64,000 nucleotides of DNA from NCBI GenBank assembly GCA_041675005.1, contig JBAYUQ010000011.1:15270-79269 (forward strand), read 5' to 3'. Positions 38,792 to 47,702 of this stretch are shown piece by piece. Source of the DNA: Candidatus Kapaibacterium sp. GTDB taxonomy: Bacteria; Bacteroidota; Ignavibacteria; Kapaibacteriales; UBA2268. The notes beneath the pieces were generated by a model, which made no database searches, was not told where the DNA came from, and saw only the letters and a list, made by a program, of their open reading frames with translations. Position numbers and translations under genes: made by a program. The stretch's first letter is position 1. Each line of letters starts with the position of its first letter.

Positions 38792-40831
38792 TTAGCGTTT
38801 TAATGGTGTTGTGATCTCTACTATAACTGTTCTGTTATAAAACCTGCCTTCCGGAAGGTCATTATCGTATATCAGTGTTTCTCCTACCCCTTTACTGAAT
38901 ATTTTTTCAGGAACTACTCTTTCTTTGATAGCTTTCTCAACTGATTTTGCCCTGTCAATTGAAAGCTGATTGTTGTACTCATCAGTCCCCAATTTATCAG
39001 TAAATCCAGTAATACTAACAGATGAATTCGTGTTTATTCTGCTTAAAATAGTTTTGAATATATTCTCATTCTCTTCATTTATCAAAGGCATATCATAGTC
39101 AAAGAAAATTAGATTGTATCTTTCTACGATAGAATCCTTTACTATTTCACCATCATAATATTTTGATTTTTTCTCATAAAAGATAGGTACTGCTGTACTT
39201 GCTTCGTCAGTATTGCCTTCATTGTCAGCCACTTTTAATTTTACAGAAATATGATTTCCCTGTACATCTTTTCTAGCCAGTTCAATTATATTATTTCTGT
39301 CTAAATCCCACTGCATTGAACTTGAAGGTGACCCATTGCCGCTTTTCTTCCATAATTGAGAGTTGTCTATATAATTGGCTTCTATATCCCAACTTTTTAG
39401 ATTTTCATCATACTTGACATTAGGTTGCAGTACAATTGACTTAGGGCTTACTTCACTATTATGCGTAATAAGTCTTACCGGCTCCAATATCTCAGAACTG
39501 TTTGAACTTAATTCAACTCTTCTATTCTCTTCTCTTCCTTCTGCAATTTTCCTGTTTGAAATTTCCTCAGGTAATTCACGTGATAGTGTTATAATCCTAT
39601 CCGCTGAAATTCCCCAGATGTTTACCAAATAATCTTTTACACTTTGTACTCTTGAGGAAGCAAGTTTATTCTGATTACCACCGTCATCTAACGGTTCTAA
39701 ACACCCTGTTAAAGTAAGATTTGAATTAGTGTTTTTCTGCATTCTACTACCCACAATATTCAGTATGTTATGATATACTGCTATTACAGAATCTTGCAGA
39801 GTTGATTCATCAAAGTTATTAATCTCAGAGCTATTAAGTGTTATATATCTGTTTTGTAGTTCCAAATCTCCAGCATCAAAGAATATATAAGGTAGGATAG
39901 GAACATAATTGTTATTATTTTCTTCTGTCACTGTTACTTGTGCAAACTCCAGCATTGTACTGTTTTCCAAAAGACCTTTGGCTTTAATTGATGCGATTGG
40001 ACTAGGAGTGAACTTAGGTTTTATTTCCTGTTCAGGTTCTGGTGCAGGTTCATTTATTATTACTTTTTCAGGACTACCTAGTTCATATTTAAGAGCCAGT
40101 CCTGCGTGTAATGTGCTTACCGACCAATCATTATTACTAAGAACATTTGTAAAAGGGAAAATGTAACCTGCTTCAGGGCTTAAATATAGATTTTCAGCTA
40201 TTGAAAAATCTGCACCTACCAACGCATGAACATTTATTCTTAGATTTGTCTCTGTGTTCGGATTATCATCAAAATTTGCTGAAGCAATCTGCCTGGTGCT
40301 TTCACCGTTTCTGAATGTTATTCCGAATGGCTGTTGTATCTCTTCAACTTGAGTATATGATGCATGTGTAGGTATAGCCACACCAGGACCAATAGCCAGA
40401 TAAACTTTATCAGATACATAGTAAGCTCCCAATGCTTCAATCTGTACATAATCTAAAGAAACATCTAGCTGATGCTCCGTTGAAAGGTAAACTAAGGTAC
40501 CGTCATCCAGAGAAACTCTGGGCTGATCTTTTGGGATACTCTTAAAATCACCATCAGCTTTATGAAAAAAAGCCCTTCCAAAAAATGAAAGGTTTGTGCC
40601 GAATGGTACTTCAATGCTGTTGCCGGCCATCCAACCTATTCCACTTCCATCCTCGAAAGTGCCACAAATAAGCATACCGTCATAGCTACTGAACTGACCC
40701 GAGTGCATATTCAAAGCTCCTGCACCAAACATTCCTATTCGTATATTTCTTTCTAATATTTTCTCTTGGGATAACAAAGAGTTACCCGCTATTAATACAA
40801 TAGCCGTTATAATTAGTATAGTCTTTTTCAA
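38792..40831 (-). CDS. outer-membrane protein with an N-terminal beta-barrel-like region and two OmpA_C-like peptidoglycan-binding domains
   Basis: 679 aa with a signal peptide. OmpA-like motif 1: LTGCLEPLDDGG.NQ.LASSRVQSVKDYL......ADRI....R....EENRRVEL. OmpA-like motif 2: ITGFTDKLGTDEYNNQLSIDRAKSVEKAI....V....I...G.GE.......LPEGR.YNRTV.VEI. Confidence 0.85.
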   Translation of the reverse strand: MKKTILIITAIVLIAGNSLLSQEKILERNIRIGMFGAGALNMHSGQFSSYDGMLICGTFEDGSGIGWMAGNSIEVPFGTNLSFFGRAFFHKADGDFKSIPKDQPRVSLDDGTLVYLSTEHQLDVSLDYVQIEALGAYYVSDKVYLAIGPGVAIPTHASYTQVEEIQQPFGITFRNGESTRQIASANFDDNPNTETNLRINVHALVGADFSIAENLYLSPEAGYIFPFTNVLSNNDWSVSTLHAGLALKYELGSPEKVIINEPAPEPEQEIKPKFTPSPIASIKAKGLLENSTMLEFAQVTVTEENNNNYVPILPYIFFDAGDLELQNRYITLNSSEINNFDESTLQDSVIAVYHNILNIVGSRMQKNTNSNLTLTGCLEPLDDGGNQNKLASSRVQSVKDYLVNIWGISADRIITLSRELPEEISNRKIAEGREENRRVELSSNSSEILEPVRLITHNSEVSPKSIVLQPNVKYDENLKSWDIEANYIDNSQLWKKSGNGSPSSSMQWDLDRNNIIELARKDVQGNHISVKLKVADNEGNTDEASTAVPIFYEKKSKYYDGEIVKDSIVERYNLIFFDYDMPLINEENENIFKTILSRINTNSSVSITGFTDKLGTDEYNNQLSIDRAKSVEKAIKERVVPEKIFSKGVGETLIYDNDLPEGRFYNRTVIVEITTPLKR

Positions 40832-40842
40832 TTCACATCTGC

Positions 40843-43800
40843 TTATTTTGTGAGAATTATTACTTTATTATATAATACCTGATAACCATCTTTTAATCTA
40901 ATCACATAAGTGCCATTAGATAGATCTACGGTGTTTATTTTAAACTCGGCTGCAGTTTTACTGCTTACATTCAAATTATTTTGATATACTCTTTTTCCAA
41001 TTTGGTCATATATTTCAATTTCAAATTCTTTATCCTCTTTGTCATAAAGTAGAATATTCATTTCATTCCCTACTGGAAGAGGATATACGTTAAATATAGT
41101 AGCATTTTCTGTAAGAATTTGACTGTCTCGCCCTCCGCAAAGACCTTCCACGTAAAACTCAGCATTATTTCCTGTTAGGCATACATTCTGTAAAGTTTTA
41201 TCTTCAATTCTGATAGTGGTAAAGTGTGAGTTGCCTCTAAGTACTTCATACTCAACACCAAATGCTGCACCATCTGCAATTAAACCATTTTGCCATGTAA
41301 CTGTCATTTCAGCACTATTTACATTTCTCAATGTAATCTCTGTATTTGCTTGATCCAGCGCTACTCCTCCGTTTAATTCTACAATTCTTAGAGGATATAG
41401 CATAGTTGAATTATAGCTAGTAGTCACTTCAATTTTTGTTAAAGGATTCCCCGCATCAATTCCACTGATATCATAAGGTACAATAAAACTTTCGCCAGGG
41501 TCATAATAATGTGCGATAACATTTGGCTCTATAACTATATTAGGTAATATTTCAGCTTTTACTGGGATATCGGTACTGCCAAATGACCCTCCTATTTCGA
41601 CTGTTTCGTTTATAATACCTGAGTTATTCCCTTTAATTGAAACAGTCAGAGTCATTGACTCCCTCGGGTTTAGTATAGTATCGATTGAACTTGGTATTAT
41701 TATTGGGGATAAAGGGTCATCCTTTTTAATCCGATCTATCGTTATTGTTTCAATACTGCTTGGATTTTCTATAAGTATGACCTTCGTTATAGAGTCACCG
41801 GAGCAGATGGTTCCGAAATCTAATTCAGAAACTGAGAATCTTATATTTTTTGATCTTACTACATAACATAAAGGTATTATTACTGTAGAATCCTGATTTC
41901 CGTCGTGCTCAAATTGAACATCTATTTTGAAAGTACCTTCGGCAACAGGGGTAAAGTCAACAAATATCTCTTTATCTCCACCTTTAGCTATATTAAAAGA
42001 AAAGTTATTTGTCATACTGTAAAGATTAACATTACCACCAATGAACTGATATCCAGTAACAGTAATATCTCTGTCTCCGGGGTTTTCGAGTATTATCGAA
42101 GTTTGATATGTACTTCCTTCTTCATAGACCAATGTGTCGCACCCGTTCGGACCATATCCGCTTAAATATTTCAATACACCTGTACCAGAAAGCCCGCTAG
42201 GATAGGATCTATCAGCAATATTTACAATTGCACTGCTAAGTAATCTACCTCTTTCAGAAGGATTAAATCTTATACAGATTTCTAGAGTGCTGTCCGGCGG
42301 TATATTTACCCTTCCATTTGGACTGACTACTGTGTAGTTACCACGAGGTGAAATTGAAATTGAGTCAATATAAGTAGTATCGGTTCCATTATTTCTAATT
42401 GCTTCAAAACAGATTGTAGTATCAGAACCAACAAATATTTCTCCGAATTCTTGTGAATTAGTAACTATTTCAATTGAAGATTTAATACCCGTTCCTGCAA
42501 GTTTGACTGTATCTGTCATGTAGCCAATATTAAATAAGATTAAACCATTGCGATTACCTTCTGCAGAGGGTCTAAACCATGAATTTATCCTACGAGATTG
42601 TCCAGGTTGCAATACAAAATCTGCAGTATCGCCGGTAAAGAAAAATTCTCCCGGGTTGCTCATTCTAAAACCATTTACTTTTACAGGCAACAGCCAACTA
42701 TTTGTGATTGTTATTGGAATGCTGTCAGATATTCGACCGACTTCTTCGGGGCTGAATGTAGCGTCATTTGCTGACAAAGGCTGATAAACTTCAACTCCGT
42801 TCATAGCACCATCAGAATTATTCTTTCCTCCGAATACCAGAGCTAAATTATTACCATCTATTGCTACTTCACGATTAGAACCTGATTCAACAAGGTCTCC
42901 GAGTTGTGACCAAATACCTGTGGGGGAAGAAGTAGTCGGTAGAGTATAATACTCTGTTTCCTTTATAGCACCAGATGAATTATTCCCACCAACAGTCAAA
43001 TATGAACGAGACGAATCAGTAATTCCACCTATAAAAGTGACGTCCGTTTCAGCCCTTGGTCGAAACATACTAGCTGTGTATTTCCAACCGGATTTTACAT
43101 CATACCACTCACAAGTGTTATGGGCATCACCGTTTTCGTTATAGCCACCTATAACTCTTGCAATACCACCTATATCAACAAAACTGGCTCCCAAATATCT
43201 GTATTCTCGTGGAGCAAAGGCATGGGAACTCCAATCATTATTTTCAAAAAGTTCTGTAGTAGTAGTGCCTTGCTCTCCCCCTGCTGTGATTACCAGATCA
43301 TCACCATTTGCATCTAGGATAGTACCTAGAAAATGACCAGCCCTCTCTTTTCCCATATTAGGTAATGAAAATAAACGGTTAGTCGAAATTTCAACGTATT
43401 CAGAAGATGAAACTTTAGAACCACTTCTAAGCTGACCTCCAGATTGCACAATTCCACCATTAATAATTATCCTATTAGATTTGTCCCAGGTAGCTCTGCA
43501 ATCGCCTCTTCCGATATCCATATCATCCAAACTAATCCAGTTAATATTGACCTGTCCATTTTGATAGTTTACCTTTTCTACTGATCTTACTGAGCTGTAG
43601 TTTCCCGAGCTTCCTGAGTATCCGCCAATCACAAAAATACTTGCACCGTTATTTTCAGGTATTACTACAAGTGAATGATATGCTCTGGATGATGACATTG
43701 AAGTTACTTTTCTGTATTCACCCGTTTTAAAATTGAAAATATAAGCTGAGTTTACGGCATTCCCTAAAGAGTTAATCCCTCCACTAATCAATATGTTTCC

Positions 43801-43941
43801 ATCAGGTAGAAGTATCGAACTGTGGCCATGGAGAGCTTCGGGAAATGGTGGTAATGATTGCCATTCGGGAATTGTGGATTGGCTATAATTCGTATAAAGC
43901 ATAAAAAGACAAGTGATAAAATATATTATTATTTTTTTCAT
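40843..43941 (-). CDS. Kelch-type beta-propeller / Ig-repeat secreted protein with a T9SS C-terminal sorting domain
   Basis: 1032 aa with a signal peptide. The N-terminal ~380 aa has repeated Kelch-like blades (HSSILLPDGNILISGG, AYHSLVV......IFVIGGY, AGHFLGTI......VITAGG). ASH-like repeats follow (QEFGEIFVGSDT, LDFGTICSGDS). The CTD reads VYPLPVGNEMNILLY...GTYVIRLKDGYQVLYNKVIILTK. Confidence 0.85.
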   Translation of the reverse strand: MKKIIIYFITCLFMLYTNYSQSTIPEWQSLPPFPEALHGHSSILLPDGNILISGGINSLGNAVNSAYIFNFKTGEYRKVTSMSSSRAYHSLVVIPENNGASIFVIGGYSGSSGNYSSVRSVEKVNYQNGQVNINWISLDDMDIGRGDCRATWDKSNRIIINGGIVQSGGQLRSGSKVSSSEYVEISTNRLFSLPNMGKERAGHFLGTILDANGDDLVITAGGEQGTTTTELFENNDWSSHAFAPREYRYLGASFVDIGGIARVIGGYNENGDAHNTCEWYDVKSGWKYTASMFRPRAETDVTFIGGITDSSRSYLTVGGNNSSGAIKETEYYTLPTTSSPTGIWSQLGDLVESGSNREVAIDGNNLALVFGGKNNSDGAMNGVEVYQPLSANDATFSPEEVGRISDSIPITITNSWLLPVKVNGFRMSNPGEFFFTGDTADFVLQPGQSRRINSWFRPSAEGNRNGLILFNIGYMTDTVKLAGTGIKSSIEIVTNSQEFGEIFVGSDTTICFEAIRNNGTDTTYIDSISISPRGNYTVVSPNGRVNIPPDSTLEICIRFNPSERGRLLSSAIVNIADRSYPSGLSGTGVLKYLSGYGPNGCDTLVYEEGSTYQTSIILENPGDRDITVTGYQFIGGNVNLYSMTNNFSFNIAKGGDKEIFVDFTPVAEGTFKIDVQFEHDGNQDSTVIIPLCYVVRSKNIRFSVSELDFGTICSGDSITKVILIENPSSIETITIDRIKKDDPLSPIIIPSSIDTILNPRESMTLTVSIKGNNSGIINETVEIGGSFGSTDIPVKAEILPNIVIEPNVIAHYYDPGESFIVPYDISGIDAGNPLTKIEVTTSYNSTMLYPLRIVELNGGVALDQANTEITLRNVNSAEMTVTWQNGLIADGAAFGVEYEVLRGNSHFTTIRIEDKTLQNVCLTGNNAEFYVEGLCGGRDSQILTENATIFNVYPLPVGNEMNILLYDKEDKEFEIEIYDQIGKRVYQNNLNVSSKTAAEFKINTVDLSNGTYVIRLKDGYQVLYNKVIILTK

Positions 43942-44006
43942 ATTATGAATCTTAAACGAATTTTAAATAATTAATTTATCTAAAATAACATATATTTCCA
44001 TATTAT

Positions 44007-44078
44007 GAAATAATATTTGAAATAATATTTGATATAATATTTGATATAATATTTGATATAATATTTGATATAATATTA
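44007..44078. repeat. 12-bp tandem repeat, 6 copies (GA[A/T]ATAATATTT)
   Basis: GAAATAATATTT x2, GATATAATATTT x3, GATATAATATTA x1, head to tail. They lie 66-137 bp upstream of the start codon at 43941, in the divergent intergenic region. Confidence 0.9.
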
Positions 44079-44285
44079 TAATTACTTTGTATTGAATATT
44101 AAATGCTAAATGTTTGAAGTTATTACCTCGTACAGGAATTAACAGCTAACGGGGTTTGATAAAAAGGTTGTACTTATTGCAGAGCTGAATTAATTGCACG
44201 AAAAGTTGGACAATTAGTTGATCGGATTACTTAACTGCCTTACTGTATAGTCATGATGGTGTGTAGCACTTTGGTGAGCCTTTCT

Positions 44286-44316
44286 ATCTAGTTTCTTCAA
44301 TTGTATTCACTTCTTT
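44286..44316 (+). repeat. 31-bp direct repeat, right copy
   Basis: ATCTAGTTTCTTCAATTGTATTCACTTCTTT matches 28321..28351 at 30 of 31 positions. Confidence 0.9.
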
Positions 44317-44429
44317 GTCTTAATTTACACATTATATCATATAATTAATGACTTTCATTTAGTAATGTTATATTTCTTCATTATATTACAAAAAATTAAA
44401 ATTTAACAATAATACCTTTGCACTGAACT

Positions 44430-46265
44430 ATGAGACCTATTCACATAATATTAGCACTAATAATACTTACAAGTCAGGGACTGATTTCTGATGAATTGAT
44501 AATAACAAACCCCAAAGGTGGTGAAGTATTAAGCCCGTGGAAGCCAATAATAATACAATGGGAGGGCTTAGAGATTCAAGAAGGTTATAAAGTAGAGTTT
44601 AGTTCCGATATGGGAGAAAATTGGGTAGTTCTTCAAAGTAATGTAACGGGCTATGAGTACAAATGGTTAGTTCCCAATATGGAACTGAAAAATTGCTTGA
44701 TAAGAGTTAGCCAGAAATCTTATGACTATATAGATATAGAATGGATGAAGTCTTTCGGAGGCAGTTCATCGGAAAGTCTAACAAGAGTTTTACAAACCAA
44801 AGATGGTAATTATTTACTAGCTGGTCAAACTAAATCAATTGATGGTGATATACTATCTAATAATGGTGAGTATGATATTTGGGTGCTAAAAATTTCTAAT
44901 ACAGGTGAAATATTATGGTCAAAAACTTATGGTGGAAGTAAAACAGAAGGTTTAACCGATATAAAAGAGAATAAAGATGGTATATTCCATATCACAGGTT
45001 ATAGTTTATCGATTGACGGTGATGCAGTCGGAAATAATATTGAAACTATGGATGCATGGATTCTAAAATTAGATAGTGATGGTGAGATTATATATTCAAA
45101 GTTTTATGGTGCTAGTAGTGCAGATTACCCATACTCAATTGTAAGCACTAATGACGGTGGTTCGGCTTTTGCGGGTATGACCTATAGTTCTGATATACAA
45201 GGTAGTAATAGCATAGTAGGTTTGTGGGTAACGCAACTTGATAGTGAAGGCGATGAGTTATGGTCTCGTAAATATGGTGGGACATTAATAGAAGCAGCTT
45301 ATTCAATGAAGTCCACTTTGGATAATGGATTTATAATTACAGGTGTTTCGTTATCAAATGATGGATTAATGAAAGGTAATTATGGGGCTTATGATATTCT
45401 AACTTTAAAATTAAATTCGGAGGGTAAAGTTGAATGGGTAAGTAACAATGGGAGTTGGCAAGACGATATTGGGTATGATGTAAATGAGACAAATGACCAA
45501 GGGTTTATAGTAACAGGCTACGCTAGCGCAAATGGCATAGATGTTACTAAAGGACGAGGATGGAAAGAAGGTTTGACTATAAAGTTTGATAAAGATGGTA
45601 ACAAGGAATGGTCTAATACTTACTCAACTGTAAATGCTGATTATCTTTATGGTGTAAATCAGTTAGAAAATGGAAGCTACTTAACTAGTGGGTACACCTA
45701 TTCTGTTTCTAAACAAGACACCAATATTAAATATTACAAAAGTTTTATTAATAAGATTGATGAAAATGGTGAACACGAATGGGTTAAATCTATTGATGAT
45801 AAATTACAAACTACTATAAATTCGCAGTTTATTACTACAGACGGAGAGTATATTTTTGGTGGTAATCTGATAAATTATAGTTCAGATAGTACATTATTAG
45901 ATGATAATAGCATCATTTTGATTAAAGCAAAGCCAAGTTTTAAGACTGCTTCTACAGCTATTACAAAATCTCCATTCTCAGTTTCAGCTCCTACTAGTAT
46001 AGAACAACAACAAAAACAATTAAATTCATTTTTTAGAGTGAAACACGATACTTATGAAAATAAGTTATATATTGAATTATTGGAAGAAGAACTGTTGAAC
46101 TCCAAGTTAGAAATCTATAATAGCGAAGGTCGATTTATAGAAAGCATTTACGTTGGTGCTAAATCTTTAGCTCATGATATAAGTATCTATAGTAATGGCA
46201 GATATTATATTAGTTTGTATACCCCAACGGAATCAGTTACTGAAATTTTCGAGGTAGTGAGGTAA
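44430..46265 (+). CDS. secreted beta-propeller-repeat protein with a probable T9SS C-terminal sorting domain
   Basis: 611 aa with a signal peptide. It has an N-terminal Ig-like module (ITNPKGGEVL....PIIIQWEG....YKVEFSSDMGENWVVL), about 7 repeats of ~55-60 aa (W.K.YGGS..E......T.DG....G.T.S.DGD..........D.W.LKL...GE..W), and a CTD-like tail (NKLYIELL...LEIYNSEGRFIES......GRYYISLYT). Confidence 0.8.
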   Translation: MRPIHIILALIILTSQGLISDELIITNPKGGEVLSPWKPIIIQWEGLEIQEGYKVEFSSDMGENWVVLQSNVTGYEYKWLVPNMELKNCLIRVSQKSYDYIDIEWMKSFGGSSSESLTRVLQTKDGNYLLAGQTKSIDGDILSNNGEYDIWVLKISNTGEILWSKTYGGSKTEGLTDIKENKDGIFHITGYSLSIDGDAVGNNIETMDAWILKLDSDGEIIYSKFYGASSADYPYSIVSTNDGGSAFAGMTYSSDIQGSNSIVGLWVTQLDSEGDELWSRKYGGTLIEAAYSMKSTLDNGFIITGVSLSNDGLMKGNYGAYDILTLKLNSEGKVEWVSNNGSWQDDIGYDVNETNDQGFIVTGYASANGIDVTKGRGWKEGLTIKFDKDGNKEWSNTYSTVNADYLYGVNQLENGSYLTSGYTYSVSKQDTNIKYYKSFINKIDENGEHEWVKSIDDKLQTTINSQFITTDGEYIFGGNLINYSSDSTLLDDNSIILIKAKPSFKTASTAITKSPFSVSAPTSIEQQQKQLNSFFRVKHDTYENKLYIELLEEELLNSKLEIYNSEGRFIESIYVGAKSLAHDISIYSNGRYYISLYTPTESVTEIFEVVR

Positions 46266-46343
46266 TATTTTAACCGTGTTATTTGTACAATATAATCCAT
46301 ATTATTAATTAAAATTTAACAATATCACTTTTGTAGTGAAAAT

Positions 46344-46699
46344 ATGAGTAATGATATTAGATTAAATTCGGATAAAGCACCAGAACCAGTAGGACTATAC
46401 CCTCACGCTAGACAAGTAGGTAATCTACTTTTCCTATCTGACGTAGGGCCAAGAGAGCGTGGCAAAAAGGAAATCCCTGGTGTGACTTTGATGCAGATGG
46501 CAATATAGAAAGCTACGATATAGAGACACAATGTCACTCCGTTTTCAATAATGTGAAGATGATTTTAGAGGCTTGTGGTAGTGATTGGTGTAACTTAATT
46601 GATGTTACAGTGTTTCTTACTAATATGAAAGATGACTTTCCGAAATATAATAAGATTTATGCTGAGTATTTCAAAGATAATCAGCGAGATCAAAGTTAA
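46344..46699 (+). pseudogene. RidA/YjgF-family gene, frameshifted and 3'-truncated
   Basis: Frame 1 reads MSNDIRLNSDKAPEPVGLYPHARQVGNLLFLSDVGPRERGKKEIPGVTL and stops at 46506. The homology continues in another frame (DADGNIESYDIETQCHSVFNNVKMILEACGSDWCNLIDVTVFLTNMKDDFPKYNKIYAEYFKDN) and ends before the usual PAR...VEI C-terminus. Confidence 0.7.
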
Positions 46700-47085
46700 G
46701 TTCAAGCGGTGTACCTTTTTCACTTTGAAATTATTCTTGATTATGGTTTTCATAAGGTTTTCGTCTAATCCAATGTGATAAGCGAAAGCCCCTTTCATCT
46801 GACCATCTTTATAATGGTAGCCCTCTACTGAGCAGAATATAAACCCATCTAACCACAATCCCAATAGAGATTATTTATAATTGGGTTCAGTGGGCTTGAA
46901 GCTGCAAATAGGTTAGGATTCTGGTGATTAATAGTAGAATCTACACCGAGTAAGAACCTAAGCTCTGTATAATCATCTTCTGGTATATTTGGCAAATCAA
47001 AACTGACTCTACCATCAGCCATATTAATATATGCAGCAGAAGAATCCAATACAATTTCCTCTCCACTACTATTGACTAAAAACAA
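46700..47085 (-). pseudogene. MbnP-like (metal-binding periplasmic protein family) gene fragment, truncated at both ends and frameshifted
   Basis: Two overlapping minus-strand ORF pieces read FLVNSSGEEIVLDSS...LPNIPEDDYTELRFLLGVDSTINHQNP...SPLNPIINNLYWD then W.DGFIFCSVEGYHYKDGQMKGAFAYHIG.DEN. This resembles the MbnP-family pattern ..F.LGVD...N....PLNP....MYW.W..GY.F.K.EG.........F.YHIG as I recall it. There is no signal peptide or start. Confidence 0.5.
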
Positions 47086-47246
47086 AGTTTGTCATAAGGT
47101 AATGTAGCAAGGAAATATTTTTAATTAATCTATTCATTTCTAACAATATAACATTCTTGTTTAATTTTTCAAATTTGTTTTTTGCCTAAATATATAATTT
47201 TTCGTATTTTGACAATTAGAATAAATATAAACGTAAAGAGATAATT

Positions 47247-47618
47247 ATGGATTTAGGTGCATTTTCAGTGAGTTTGAGCGTTAAAGATTTGGCTGTATCA
47301 AAGGAATTCTATGAGAATTTGGGATTCACCCAGTTAGGTGGTGGTATGGATATGAATTATCTGATAATGAAGAATGGAACTACACTAATTGGGCTATTCC
47401 AAGGTATGTTCGATGGAAATATACTTACATTCAACCCTGGATGGGATACTGTTGGCGAGAATGCTGACCCTTTCGAAGATATTCGTGAGATACAAAAGAA
47501 GCTAAAATCATCAGGGGTTACTTTGATGAATGAAGTAGATGAAAGCAGCGAGGGTCCGGCAAATTTCATCCTAACTGACCCAGATGGTAATGTGATATTG
47601 ATTGATCAGCATAGGTAA
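47247..47618 (+). CDS. VOC (glyoxalase/bleomycin-resistance) family protein
   Basis: 123 aa with FSVSLSVKDLAVSKEFYE.LGF ... FILTDPDGNVILIDQH, the typical VOC fold signature. Confidence 0.75.
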   Translation: MDLGAFSVSLSVKDLAVSKEFYENLGFTQLGGGMDMNYLIMKNGTTLIGLFQGMFDGNILTFNPGWDTVGENADPFEDIREIQKKLKSSGVTLMNEVDESSEGPANFILTDPDGNVILIDQHR

Positions 47619-47702
47619 ACGGATAAAAGTAGCAAAACTGGGTGTCACAAATATTAGGTTGAGATGATTAGTTTGTGTTATACTTTATTAAAGCTCAACA
47701 CA

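Noticed and set aside
44007-44078. Possible CRISPR array or minisatellite-encoded peptide.
   Set aside because: The period is 12 bp with no spacers, there are only 6 units, the sequence is AT-only, and no cas genes are present. It is a simple tandem repeat.
44120-44262. Possible second transposase remnant on the plus strand (fragments like LKLLPRTGINS and AELIARKVGQLVDRIT).
   Set aside because: The fragments are in different frames with multiple stops and are very short. The resemblance to an IS630-type second HTH is too weak to call.
28300-44330. An intact prophage, ICE or other active mobile element next to the tRNA.
   Set aside because: No integrase, recombinase, transposase catalytic domain, or phage or conjugation genes are present. 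Only a 43-codon HTH remnant is there, and the flanking direct repeat is not tRNA-derived. I report it only as a candidate degenerate island.
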